Assembly: GCA_951406725.2 (NCBI GenBank)
Contig: OX597834.1
Location: 7,750,001-7,814,000, forward strand
Origin: Octopus vulgaris
Taxonomy: Eukaryota
Length of the DNA stretch: 64,000 bases
Reading direction: 5' to 3'
The position numbers and the translations under genes are program-made. Positions 26,326 through 40,010 of this stretch are shown here, piece after piece; position 1 is the stretch's first letter; every line of letters starts with the position of its first letter. Under the pieces are notes generated by a model. It had not been told where the DNA came from. It was given only the letters and a program-made list of their open reading frames with translations, and made no database searches.

Positions 26326-27790
26326 TATTGCGTGCGTGTTCGTATGCGTGCGTGTGCGTATGCGTGCATGTGTTTGTGTATGTGTGCGTGTATGTACGTA
26401 TGAATGTGCTTGTGTGTGTACCTGCATGTTTATGTGTCTCCGTTTATGTGTCTCTGTGTGCATTGGAATATGTAATATTTATTTTCAATCATGTCGTTGA
26501 AAAGCTGATATATTTCCTGATATATTTCCTGATGATGCTATTCTAAACACTCTACACGATTTTCATATTAACGATTAGGCCCGGATGTCAGTTTTAACCC
26601 TAAATGGTATATTTAACTAAAGGGATGTCGAGGCCGTAAGGCCAGTAAGCCTACCTCTACGATTTGAATTACAATATTGAATATCTATAGCCTATAGCAT
26701 TCTCAGATATATCTAAATTAAACTCAGAGTAGAAAGTTTAAGTTGTTATTGTAATATTAAGAGATTGCGATTCTAAATGTTAGTGTCAATCACCAAGTAT
26801 CATCTAGACATTACTTACCATATATCTCTTCATTTTCGAGTACTAATTGTTTAAATTTTCTCCAGCAATTGCGCTGGTCTTGCGTAAGAGCGTCAGGCTC
26901 CTCTAGAAGTGAAGTTTTTATGAGGGGACTGTATATGTGAACCAAAAATATCGTCGTGTGAATATGTGTCGGGTACAGTAATTTATTTCCTAAATATCTT
27001 CAGGGTCCATCGGGGCTCTGAGTACTACGTATGCACCTGAAATGATAGATCGTTACTAATTACAACTCTCAAGTATTTTACCTGATCTGACTCTTAAACG
27101 CCTACTAGTTATGCTTTTGTGTCGCCAGGCGGGAGAACGGGAGAGTAGTTGAAGGGGTGCACTTCAAAATTTTGCAGTATTCGGTGCCTATTAATTCTGT
27201 ATTCAACAATGTTTGCTTTAGAAGCCAGATATTCCGGTCAGTTGATGGCTTCATTGGAGACCCTATCATGGCTTTATGTCAAAAAGACGCCTTATGACAG
27301 TGGTGTAGTGTAAGGACAGGGTGAATGAATGATTGCGTTTATTAGTTTATTTGTCGCAGTGTGTGGTGGAAGGAAACTTCTTTTAGAACAAAACTCGTAT
27401 ATGAAAAATATCTCTGTCCATTTAAACATGAAACCGTAAGTTTTCTCGTGTGTCGGGATGATTGTCACATGTCATGTGATTAATGAGTTAGTAGAAATTC
27501 TCCGGAAAACTACGTTTCACAAATTGAATGGATGCTTCAATAACCACTATAAAAATGCTTTAGGCTTTATTTCTCTACTAGAAAGGATCGCGTGTAGAAC
27601 TTCAGTTAACAAGTAATTGTTTCTATGGACGCATTCAGTTTTTCTCCGATGTTATCCATAATTCGAGAAGCCAGATAGATATGTCTACGTATCAGTGAGG
27701 GTCACCACGACGGAAATTGAAATACATATAATTCGGGACTGTCTGGGAGAAAGATTTATCTCAAAATCATTGTGCATCCCAATGTATGAC

Positions 27791-28099
27791 TGAATGAATG
27801 TTCCTTCTCGAGCCATACCTGGCTCATAAGGGCCGGTTACCCGGTTTCTTGGCGTATAGGTTCCCCACCTGGACGGGACGCCGATCCGTCGCAGGTGAGC
27901 TGCAAGATGCAGGAGGAAAGAGTGAGAGAAAGTTGTGGTGAAAGAGTCAGCAGAAGTTCACCATTACCTTCTGCTGGAGCCGCGTGGAGCTTAGGTGTTT
28001 CGCTCATAAACACACACATCGGCCCGGTCTGAGATTCGAACCCACTATCCCTCGACCGACCGCGATTCCGCTGTTCTTACCACTTGGCCATGTGCCTCC
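27791..28099 (-). mobile_element. SINE family C, tail type 3
   Basis: Same head and body; tail cctgcgacggatcggcgtcccgtccagg...gaaaccggg...atgagccaggtatggctcgagaaggaa. Confidence 0.85.
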
Positions 28100-28473
28100 A
28101 GATTTCAATGAATCCCAAGTGACATGAGAAGACTACCAGACGTATGATTTTACCTCTTGAGTGGCTGATAATACCTCGATCTCGTTCATTTGGAGGTAAG
28201 ACAAAAGTTTTGCTGAGACATGCAGGAAACAGTGAACGGAAAATGTGTTGGGGTATGTTGAAGCTTGCCGAACAGGAATTAATATAATACAAGCACAAGG
28301 AGTAATAAGGGCTGATAATTGTGTCTATAAAATCTAACAAATTTCTGTACACAAAAACGAAGGAAAAATAACTGCTACATTTGATGTGTTCAACTAAACT
28401 TTTCCCGGCTCTGCTCCAGAATGACTGCAGACCAGTTACTGAAACAAGTATGAGAGGCAACATGTACATATAG

Positions 28474-28578
28474 GTGTAGGGAGATATTGTGTGGTAAGCA
28501 GTTTGCTTCCCAGCCACATGGTTCCGGGTTCAATTCCACTGCGTGGCACCTTGGGCAAGTGTGGTATATGTGTGTGTG

Positions 28579-28609
<31 letters not shown>

Positions 28610-28809
28610 AGGGAGAGTTTACGGAAAAAAAACAAAAGACGAAGACGGGTGGTGTATAAAACAAACAGATGTATTAGTATAACGTTCAGGAATAGAAAAA
28701 AGTCTTTTACCTTACGAGCCTACGCTCTTCTACAGAAAAGGACAGAAAAAACAAGGAGAAAAACACGGAAAGAAAAACTGTGTGTAATGGCTAACGATCT
28801 ATCATGGCG

Positions 28810-28865
<56 letters not shown>

Positions 28866-29425
28866 AAACATTATATATAAAAAAAATACAAAATGGGACA
28901 AGAACGCAAAATATACAAAGAGACGACACAAAAAACGGACGGGTCATTCGAAGCCTCTAATCTTCAGTCAGGAACCGGATCATCCTAGCAAATTTCGGCT
29001 GATTAATCCTGATATAACTCCGATTCGGCCAGCCCCAAGGAAAAACTAAGCTGTGAGCATCGGAATTCTTGGAAAAAGGATCGAATGTATACGGAACGAG
29101 GACAGAAAAAGGGACGATGCCACACGAATATAAATACAAAAAACAAAAATAAAATTAAAGGAAGAATGGTAATAACAGGACAAAAACAGCATGCCATGTT
29201 GAATCGCTAGCTTCTGCACGCATTTTTTCTCTCCTTGCTTTTCTGTGTATCTTTCTGTTGAAGAGCGTAGGCTCGAAACGTAAAATACTTGTTTTATTTA
29301 TATTCCTGAGCGCCATACTAATACAATTGTTTCTTTGTACTTCACCTGCCTTCGTCTTTTGTTTATTTTCATAAAGCTTCCCGTTATATATATATGTATA
29401 TATATATATGACCATTCCGAAATAT

Positions 29426-29486
<61 letters not shown>

Positions 29487-29712
29487 CATGTATATATATA
29501 CATATATATATATATATATGTCCCCCCCTAGCATTGCTTGACATCCGCTGGTGTGTTTATGTCCCCGTCACTTAGCGGTTCGGCAAAAGTGACCGATAGA
29601 ATAAGTACTGGGCTTACAAAGAATAAGTCCCGCGGTCGATTTGCTCGACTAAAGGCGGTGCTCCAGCATGGCCGCAGTCAAATGACTGAAACAACTAAAA
29701 GACTAAAAGAGT
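28474..29712 (+). mobile_element. SINE A halves (28474-28562; 29519-29712) enclosing stacked (TA)n-associated inserts
   Basis: Between the halves lie family D (-) 28611-28812, family E (-) 28865-29190 and family D (+) 29200-29385. Confidence 0.7.
28865..29190 (-). mobile_element. Family E (TA)n-associated repeat
   Basis: Homologous to 61350-61622 (tttccttggggctggcc...cagccgaaatt...gttcttgtcccattttgtattttt). Confidence 0.75.
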
Positions 29713-30351
29713 GAAGAGTATATACACCCCATACACACGTATCTCTTTTTCTCTCTCTCCCTGTGTGTGTGTTTGTGTGTGTGTCTGTGTGTATGTGTGT
29801 ATGTGTGTATGTGTGTCTGTGTGTGGTACAAGAATGGATGTACGTATGTGTTTTTTCGCGCTAGCGTTCTATTTCTTTTGCGGATTAGTTACTGCAGAAA
29901 ATTTATTTCATGAAAATAGAGCACGGTACCGGCAAAAGAATTACTAAATATTTATGAAAAATGGAAATCAATGTAATTGATTGATTTTATCATAATTTTT
30001 TTAAAGACCATCTTGTAAAAAAAAGTACAAGTGAACTGCACTAAACGAGAAATATATTTACAAATTATACGATTACTTTTGTACTTTCTTTTTAATCGCA
30101 AACTTATGTCAGCTGGTGGAATCAATATCGTAACCTATTTACCCACTTGGAGAAGAAATAGGTTTTCACAGCACCGGGCGTAGGCGAGACTGCTACGGTA
30201 AAAGATCGGTTTCAGTTTTAGGTGGTTCTGGGTTCTATGTAATCACATGACAAGTTCAATGAGTGCATCCTACTGGTGAGTTCAGTTATCTAAATCATAA
30301 ACACACACATACACTCGCATTTATATAAATATATACTTGTTATATATAAAC

Positions 30352-30738
30352 AGGCGCAGGAGTGGCTGTGTGGTAAGTAGCTTGCTAACCAACCACATGG
30401 TTCCGGGTTCAGTCCCACTGCGTGGCATCTTGGGCATGTGTCTTCTGCTATAGCCCCGGGCCGACCAATGCTTTGTGAGTGGATTTGGTAGACGGAAACT
30501 GAAAGAAGCCTGTCGTATATATGTATATGTATATATATATGTATGTGTGTGTTTGTGTGTCTGTGTTTGTCCCCCTAGCATTGCTTGCCAACCGATGCTG
30601 GTGTGTTTACATCCCCGTCACTAAGCGGTTCGGCAAAAAAGACCGATAGAATAAGTACTGGGCTTACAAAGAATAAGTCCCGGGGTCGATTAGCTCGACT
30701 AAAGGCGGTGCTCCAGCATGGCCGCAGTCAAATGACTG
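30352..30738 (+). mobile_element. SINE family A
   Basis: Full head aggcgcaggagtggctgtgtgg through cagtcaaatgactg. Confidence 0.92.
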
Positions 30739-31890
30739 CCGGGATATGACTGCCGGGTACCTATATTCAAGAACGAGAGGTTAGCTATCATGTATGCATG
30801 GAATGTATGTAGTAATTTGTTGATAGCATGGGCGACAAATTCTACGAATATTTCATTCATCAATTAGTATTTTTTCTTATGTATGATGTCTTTGAAAGCA
30901 CTGATGACTCTAAAACATTAACTATGCTAATGTGACTCACGTGCATCAGCACATTTTATGAGAGAAAGTTACAGGAGAAGATCAACAATCCATGAACGAA
31001 GTACATTTTAATAATAGTTGAGTCATGGTTCCTTTTGGGTATCGGGAATAAAAGTGATTATTCTTATGTTGGTATCACGTGAAATGTATGCCACAGAAAT
31101 CATTTAAAATCGACATACATACATTCGTTCGTTAACAGAATCATATCCCAGGGATATTGTAGTAAACGCGTGTCTTGGAAGCTTCTGGCATATGACAAAA
31201 GAGAGAAAATGACTTAGAAATGTGTAATAAGCTATATTATTGTTGTATAGTAATTTATGTGGCTTGTCAGTTAGGGAAGCCACAGAAATTACTTTGTAAT
31301 ATAGCAATATCCCGGTGAAAGAAAGAGATTGAACTTGCAGGCTGTGGAATATGGACACATGAATATTTCTAATCATCATAAAACGTTTGAGAATTTTGAG
31401 AGAAAAGTACGAAAGAAGATACCTAAAATGTGACAAGCGAGATCATCTATAGATATACAGAGAAAAAAAGACCCACAGGAAGTGTTTATATATTGTGGAA
31501 AGCACCACGTATGCAATGAAAAATATAAACATCTACAATAGAGTCAATAACACTTCAGATTTGCAGAAATAATAACTGTTAATATGCGATCTCTGGCTGT
31601 GAACTGAATTCTCATTTATGTGTAAAGTAACACGAAATCAATGTTAGGATATTGTTAGATATAGAGAATGAATTCCAAGTGTGAAGATAAACGGAAGGAA
31701 TTCTAAAATATAGCCAGCACATGCAAAAGCACAAATGAATGCCTACACATATTCGTATTATTAAAACACGGATTACATAGATAAGCCACTGAAATGCTGT
31801 TTACTCCTACATTTACCTTCGTATTTATGATAGCATATTACATTATAAAGGGTCAATCTAAAACGAATACAAAACAACACAATATGTGCG

Positions 31891-31958
<68 letters not shown>

Positions 31959-32719
31959 ACCTTGTATATATATACTGTAATTTCAGTTTTGTACATTATA
32001 CATTGTAAAAAAACCCAAAAACAATGAAAGTATTAAATCCTTCTATTCATTCTACATTCTACAGGTGTGCTTTACATATACTAAGTGAAAGCATGAGATA
32101 TCGGTAGCAATTAAGTGGGACCAGGTAGAGAACAAACGCCTTCAGATCAGCATCAGAAATTACTACAAAAGAAATAAATTGCAATTCTGTTGATCGAAAA
32201 AAAGTTTCATTTTGCTGTGTAGTATAATGATATCGATAATAATATTACGGCTGTCAAGATTGAGAAAGTTAAGAAGGATGAAAGTAGAGTAGTCTAGTTT
32301 CTACGCAACCTTTTCTCAGAATCCTGATACGAGGTCAAAGCCCGAAATACTAAAATGCCAAGTAAAATTATTAATCATCGATTCTATGATTAATATTTTT
32401 AAATCGTACATAAAACGTGTGCGTGAGTCGTGTGTGTGAGTCTGTGTGTGTGTGCGTGAGTCATGTGTGTGAGTCTGTGTGTGTGTGTGTGTGCTAGTGT
32501 GTGTGCGTGCTTGTGTGCATGTTTGTATGTATATATTTATATATTTTTTTTATATATTTGTATGCTTATATGAAACTGCTATGATGACTAGTCTGCTATG
32601 CTATTTTTCAATTTCAAAACAATCACGTCAGACCAGTTAGCAGACTATTGCAACTCTAACAAACACACACAAATACATACGTATATATATATATACATGC
32701 GTAAATATATGCATGCATA

Positions 32720-32774
<55 letters not shown>

Positions 32775-33780
32775 GTATGAAAAGAGGTATGTTTGTTTGT
32801 TAGAAACAGCTTCTACTTCAGCCATCTATATATTTCCGAGAGTTTTATAAACGTTTTTTTTTATCCACTTTATTATTAGTCCTCGTGTTGTTTTCTTCTT
32901 TTATAAGTCAATTCTTTGGTTCCGCCCATGTTTCAAGACATTTCCCGTGTTATCTTCTGGCGAGATGAAACGATATTAGCGCCAACTATTATTGCCTTTT
33001 TTCTTTTCTTTTACAGTAGACATTTTTTTAATAGTTTGTTTCTCATTCGTTATCATTGATGTATGTTTCTTATTCAAATTGTTGACATCATCTGTCTTTC
33101 GGCAATCACGGAATAATGCTGACGTGATGTTTGTTCTTATTTTCTTGCTAAGATTAACTTCCATAATAAATCTTCAAGTTTTTACTTTCTGCTCGACAAA
33201 ATATAGTTGTTTTATCAACTGATGTTTGATTGATATTGTATGATATACTGCGTTACAATGTCTTCTTTCTGAATGAGTAATATATTAAGAGAAATGTACA
33301 ATTAAATCTAATCTTGCTTGCAAGCCATACTATAAAGCATACAAGATCAACGACCTTTAGTTTACCAATTCAGATATAAACTAGGATCATTACACTTCAT
33401 GTTATTAATTCATACAATGGCGACATACCTTACGACACTTTTTTTTATAATATACTAATCAGTACTGAAGGAAACCTCAGCAGACAATACCCGATTATCT
33501 CTGATGAATTTTATGTCGACTAATCCACTCTAAGTAATTATGTATTCGACTGTGTCATCTTCAGGCGATTATCTCCAGATTTTGTTATCGTGGTGGAATT
33601 TGCACAAAACGCGTGGAGTAAATACTGGAAACCAACATGTCCGATGTTGCAAAAATGTCGGCAGTTCATCGCTTTAGACTAGTATTTTATTTAGCGTTCC
33701 AGAACGAATACAAAATAAGTAAAAGACGTCTTTAATGTAGTTTTCGTGAAATGAATCGGTGTCAAAACTGCATGTGTTAT

Positions 33781-34186
33781 AGGCGCAGGAGTGGCTGTAG
33801 TAAGTAGCTTGTTTACCAACCACATGGTTCCGGGTTCAGTCCCACTGCGTGGCACCTTGGGCAAGTGTCTTCTACTATAGCCTCGGGCTGACCAAAGCCT
33901 TGTGAGTGGATTTGGTAGACGGAAACTGAAAGAAGCCCGTAGTATATATATATATGTATGTGTATGTGTGTGTGTGTTTGTGTGTCTGTGTTTGTCCCCT
34001 AGGATTACTTGACAACCGATGCTGGTGTGTTTATGTCCCCGTCACTTAGCGGTTCGGCAAAAGAGACCGATAGAATAAGTACTGGGCTTACAAAGAATAA
34101 GTCCCGGTGTCAAGTTGCTCGATTAAAGGCGGTGCTCCAGCATGGCCGCAGTCAAATGACTGAAACAAGTAAAAGAGTAAAAAGAG
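33781..34186 (+). mobile_element. SINE family A, full length
   Basis: Head-to-tail match with other copies. Confidence 0.92.
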
Positions 34187-35525
34187 AGAGTGTGTTTATC
34201 CGACCTTCTAATGATTCAGAGTTCGGACACTGTGAAGAGATGACATAAGCCATAATAATGCATTAACTCACATAATGTAGACATTTGATGATGATACGTT
34301 CTGTTCAGACAAAGCGTAAATCTATTCTGGTTAAAATAGAAAGATCTGAAGAAATACATCACAAAATAAATGAACGGATTTCTAAAGACGTTCGTAAATT
34401 GTCAGGTTTTGTTTCAAAAGTTTCACTAACTTTTTACAATTTGTTACAAAGAAAAACTCTTATGTCGAGGAAAGGGTCCTGTTGTTAGCAATGAGTAAAG
34501 TACATTGAATAGTGCTGTTCTACGAACGTAACTTAACCTGACTTGCTCCTCTTCTTCTAACGCTCTTGGAGGTCTTGTGGTAAAAATCGTGATCGATATT
34601 TTTTCTTATTCTGTAGATAGTGCATTCTAGCTTTGCCAAATTTTCGATTAGAAAGCGGAGACGAGTTTTTCATTGTTGCATTTAATTTGTTGCTAATAGT
34701 ATCTGCCACTCGTATCTGAAGGAATTTGACTTGGTTTACACAATGTTTACAATACAAATGTTAATATATGCTATTTTCTTTTATAGTTCCAGTGCTTATA
34801 GAGAAGATCTATGATAGAAGTCATTCCAGTTGTGACATAGTTGATCTTCACGCTGCCATAAAATTTCCTCGGACATAATTATCCAGTAGATATTTTTTTG
34901 TTTTTAAGGGACCAAATATTGAGTTAAAGCGGGGCGATTACATAGACTTTACTTCGCTAGCGACAGAAGTGTTTAATCAAACTGGCATCAAACCTGAAAT
35001 ATAAGAAAAAGAAGGCAAGAATTGTCAAAATCTATTAATTTTACAATTTGGTTCCATCTAAGCAACTCACTAAAACGAAGATATGACGAGCCGATGAGGG
35101 AGCATAAAATCCCTGCAAAAACGAAAAAGGGAAGGTTCCTGAAAATAATCTCTCTTATGTAAAAAAAACGCAGAAGAAACTCAATATTGTGGTTACAGAT
35201 AATGGAAAAGTTGAGGTGAACACAGCTGTAAAGTTTTTATTTATGCCTCATAGAGCTGATCTGATCCTAAATACAAACAGGGTCAATAACACATATTCAA
35301 AACAATTCACACGTTCATCTTTCCACTAAAATTCCACAATCCGTGAAACCTGATTGTTCTCTTTACTATTGTTCATATTTTTCATTATTTTATTTCTATA
35401 CTGATGCACGCTTTTGAGGTGAGGAATGTGATAGTTACCTGTCCCTCTCAAAATGTAGATTTATCAGCTACAGTAGCAACAGCAGCAGTAGCAGCAATAG
35501 CAGCAGTAGCAGCAGCAGCGGAATG

Positions 35526-35775
35526 CTTTTATTCTCTAACATGTTTCAGTCATTTAACTGCGGCGATGCTGGAGCACCACCTTTTTAGTCAAAACATTCG
35601 ATCCCTGGACTTAATCTTTGTAAGCCTGGTACTGATTTTATCGGTGTCTTTTGCCGAAACGCTAATTTAGTAGTAGAATCTTTTATCTGATATCTTTTAC
35701 ATCAGACAGTAATCTGACTACGTTAGAGAGACATAAACAAAGCAGCATCGGTTGTAAAACACAAAGACACACACC
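35526..35775 (-). mobile_element. SINE family A 3' half, interrupted near 35667-35722
   Basis: tgtttcagtcatttaactgcggcgatgctggagcacc...tcttttgccgaaacgctaa. Confidence 0.7.
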
Positions 35776-35796
35776 CATGTATATACATATATATAC

Positions 35797-36345
35797 ATAA
35801 AAATATACGAAGTATAAACAAAAAATACGAAGTACGAGGACATGGAATATACACTTCTTCTTTGCGAGCAACGAAAGAAACAAATGGAAAACAACACAAA
35901 CAACACAAAGAATGATCCTTCATCAGTTGTCGGCTGTTTTTTGAGCATTTCACCACAAGATACGCATTCGATAAAACATATGCTCCCGCAAAGCAAATTA
36001 AATCAAATTTAGGATTTTGCGGAGGATCGAAATTGGTGATAAAAAAAAGGTTAGTGAAAACAAACAGGAAGGGCTGCTAAGCCTAAACGATGTTGGGGTG
36101 GCGAACGCGAGCAAACAAGCTTGGACAGGAGGCAGACAAAAATACGTCGTCTTCGTTGTCCAGCTGCAACAGGATGAAAGAAACACAAGTTAGAAGATGA
36201 AAGAAAATGCACGATGGTTACGTGGCAGCCAAGGGAGCAAATGACAAAGAGTAAGGGGGAGAGAGTGAGAGACAGAGAACTATTAAGGGGAGAGGAAAAG
36301 AATTGGAGAAATAAAAGAGAAAAAAGAAGGGGAGATGGGGAGGTT
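35797..36345 (-). mobile_element. (TA)n-flanked repeat resembling families D and E
   Basis: The pyrimidine-rich minus strand ends ccatgtcctcgt...ttttttgtttatac, like 11846-11900; contains ctgatga but no complete HHR. Confidence 0.4.
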
Positions 36346-36364
36346 ATATATACATACATATGTA

Positions 36365-36418
<54 letters not shown>

Positions 36419-36772
36419 CATATGTCTTCTAGAAACTCTGATCTAGTTAATGCTGCTGTTGACCTTAAATCCTGCATTAGCCTTGACTCTGTAGACCCCT
36501 AATAAAGGCACCTGGTGTGCATGTGTTGTCTTTGTGAGGTGACACTATGTTGTGAAGATTAACGGTTCGAGAAGTGGTTATCGATGAAATATATACCAGA
36601 ATGAAATAAAGAATTGTGTTTATATACTCGATTATACATACCAGAAAGTGGTATTTAGAATAGTTGAAATCCAGCGACAGAAAATCTATAAAGTCTAAAT
36701 GTGTAAGTGTATTATCAAATTCTCCAAGTACAACACACAAACAAATATATGCTTACATATATACATATATAG

Positions 36773-36830
<58 letters not shown>

Positions 36831-36846
36831 ATATATATATGTATCG

Positions 36847-36880
<34 letters not shown>

Positions 36881-36957
36881 TTATATATATATATATGCAT
36901 GTATGTATTTATATATGTGCGTATGTGTATGTGCATAAATATATATATACACGTATG

Positions 36958-37073
<116 letters not shown>

Positions 37074-37652
37074 GTGCATATGTGTACCGTCACAAAATAT
37101 TCGCATGGATATGTTCCTACATAATCACATATATAGACGAAAGACAGCTAAATACTAAAAATAAAAATAAAAAATATTTCATCAAATTTATTGTTGAGGC
37201 ATTTTGTCCTTTTTTTTTTTCTTTCATTCAAATCTCATATTTGTGATGCACTTCGCATTCTTACTGTCAGCAAGAATTAGGATGATTTCTAAAGAGAAAA
37301 TGATGAAAAGCAGACGGAGGGAAGGAAAGAAAAAAAAAAATTAGGAAAGGCAGGCGAAAAAAAAAAATAATTAAAAAATTAAATAAAAATAAAATATGAA
37401 AAACTCGTTATAAAAAATCAGAAAATGTAATAAAATAATAAAAAGAACTTAGGAAAATGACAGTTGAAAAGTTTACGTTCGTTTCACACATACAATGAAG
37501 CACATGGAGAAAGATATGCCTATAGACTTTAGTAAATACGCTTTATATATATGTATACATGAATGCCGGTTTGCCTACCTGACTGTCAATATAGCTGTCT
37601 GCTTACAAATCTCTTAGCTACTCTCTCTTTATCCCTGTCGCTTTTCGAATTA

Positions 37653-37692
<40 letters not shown>

Positions 37693-38138
37693 TTTATTTA
37701 AAGGCAGCAGAAATGTAACAAAAGCTGTTACGCGGAGTTTCACGTTCCCGTTCGTCGGGCAGATATTTTCTTCAAACTTGGCATGAAGGAAGGAAAGACT
37801 ATTTGGTTTCTCAAGAAGTTTTTTTTTTTTTTTTGCTTAACTTCGTTTAACAAAACCATAAATTTTATTGAAATAAAGTCATGCTTAATTATTTTTTAAT
37901 GAAAAGAAAACACTGATTGCTTTTGATTCAGTACTGTCCATTGGACAGGGGGCGTTTTGCTCTTGTATATATATATGTAAATACATATGAGTGTGTGTGT
38001 GTGAGTATTCTTTACATGGCAATATAAATGATATACCGTCACACCTACACACATCTAATTGTATATATCATTACAAATACCGAAACACCCGTTAAATGAG
38101 TGTAAGAAAATTTCTTGCATACAAATACTTATATACTA

Positions 38139-38520
38139 AGGCGGTGAGCTGGCACGCCGGGCGAAATAGCGGTATTTCGTCAGCCGCTAAATTCAGAGTT
38201 CAAATTCCGCCGAGGTCGACTTTGCCTTTCATCCTTTCGGGGTCGATTAATTAAGTACCAGTTACGGACTGGGGTCGATATAATGGACTTAATCTGTTTG
38301 TCTGTCCTTGTTTGTCCCCTGTGTGTTTATCCCCTTGTGGGTAGTAAACAAATAGGTATTTCGTCTGTCTTCATGTTCTGAGTTCAAATTCCGCGGAGGT
38401 CGACTTCGGCGTTCATCCTTTCGGGGCTAATAAATAAAGCATTAGTAGCGTACTGGGGTCGATCTAATCGACTGGCCCTCTTCCCCCAAAATTTCGAGCC
38501 TTATGCCTAGAGTAGAAAAG
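38139..38520 (+). mobile_element. SINE family B monomer fused to a second 5'-truncated B-variant monomer
   Basis: Core gagttcaaattccgc.gaggtcgact occurs at about 38196 and 38380, with different tails. Confidence 0.8.
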
Positions 38521-38559
38521 AAAAAAAAATCTTATATACTACTTAAAGTTCACTCTTGT

Positions 38560-38943
38560 CGGAAGCACTCCGTCGGTTACGACGATGAGGGTTCCGGTTG
38601 ATCCGAATCGACGGAATAGCCTGCTCGTGAAATTAACGTGTAAGTGGCTGAGCATTCCACAGACACGTGTACCCTTAACGTAGTTCTCGGGGATATTCAG
38701 CGTGACACAGAGAGTGACAAGGCCGGCCCCTTGAAATACAGGTACAACAGAAACAGGAAGTAAGAGTGAGAGAAAGTTGTGGTGAAAGAGTACAGCAGGT
38801 ATCACCACCATCCCCTGTCGGAGCCTCGTGGAGCTTTTAGGTGTTTTTCCTCAATAAACACTCACAACGCCCGGTCTGGGAATCGAAACTGCGATCCTAT
38901 GACCGCGAGTCCGCTGCCCTAACCACTGGGCCATTGCGCCTCC
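38560..38943 (-). mobile_element. SINE family C, tail type 1, 10-bp TSD
   Basis: TSD tcactcttgt at 38550-38559 and 38944-38953. Confidence 0.92.
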
Positions 38944-39295
38944 TCACTCTTGTATGTATATGAACGCATAAAAATATGACTGTGTGCAGAAACGTGGTTT
39001 AATAGTTAAGTATTTTGCAACCCAAAGATTGTGGTTTCAATTCCTGTACCGATACACTGTGTTCTTCAAAAAAAAACCCCACTTCATTTTGCGTTGCTGT
39101 ATTCCACTCAGTCGGCCAAAACGAGTAATACTACGAAACATCGGCGTCTTCTCTAATCAGGGTATACACATACTACAGAATCTTGATCACTGCCCTTAGG
39201 AGCATTATGGCTTTAGAAGAACATATGTTCTGTTTGATGTATGTATGTGTAACACACTCGCAAACAAAATTTGTTCGTTTCGAACTCCACTCTTT

Positions 39296-39722
39296 GGATC
39301 TCTTCGGTTTGAACGGCAGTTTTTAACATAATTTCTAGGTAACTAAAAAATTTCTAACTTCGTATACTGGTAGAATGTGTTTATAAAACATCTTTTTCTC
39401 TTGGCTTTATTGAGAAAATTCTATAGTTTGTAAGATATTTGTTGTTGTTTTTCTTCAGGTTCTACAATTTAAACCAATCACTGACGTCTATTGAGGTAAA
39501 AAAAACATCTGTGCCGTATGAATATGTCTCTCGTTTAAGAAACAGACTGGGTTTATTTACACTTGTGAACAAAAAAAGATACCCTTCCCCCACCCCTAAC
39601 CATAACTAACCCTAACCCTAAAACAGATTGAAATGCAATAGATCGATACTAGGGTCAAAATTATGGGTGACAATTCCATATGACACCGCTAGAAAAAACT
39701 GCCGTTCGAACCGAAAAGATCC
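39296..39722. mobile_element. MITE with ~29-bp TIRs and 8-bp TSD (Merlin-like)
   Basis: TIRs ggatctcttcggtttgaacggcagttttt / aaaaactgccgttcgaaccgaaaagatcc; TSD cactcttt at 39288-39295 and 39723-39730. Confidence 0.9.
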
Positions 39723-40010
39723 CACTCTTTTTCTCATAGATTAACCGACTGCTCCGTTTTCTCCTAAATATCATCTTCAACGAGAGTAAACGTTTACCTT
39801 TTTTCACCTACGCAATCAATCACAATCAATACCATTCCCTATACTAGCCTCATTAATCACTTCCAATTTTTTTCCTTTCATTTGTAATGGCAACTTTAAC
39901 CGACATTATTACCAAAATAACTACTCGTAAAACCATTCACTATTACCTTATTTGCTTGATCATTACCGCCATCGTACTCAAAACGAAAACGACCACCAAC
40001 CAACACCGAC

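Noticed and set aside
26700-27330. Possible ancient L1/Tx1 endonuclease remnant (VHIYSP, IAGENLN) on the minus strand
   Set aside because: Needs several frameshifts; cannot be supported without a profile search
28940-29000. ctgaaga in family E (and ctgatga near 35925)
   Set aside because: No correctly placed GAAA, stem III and NUH, so not called HHRs
36545-36602. gtgaaga...gaaatatata HHR-like string in a (TA)n-flanked insert
   Set aside because: Core is mutated and stems I and II are not convincing
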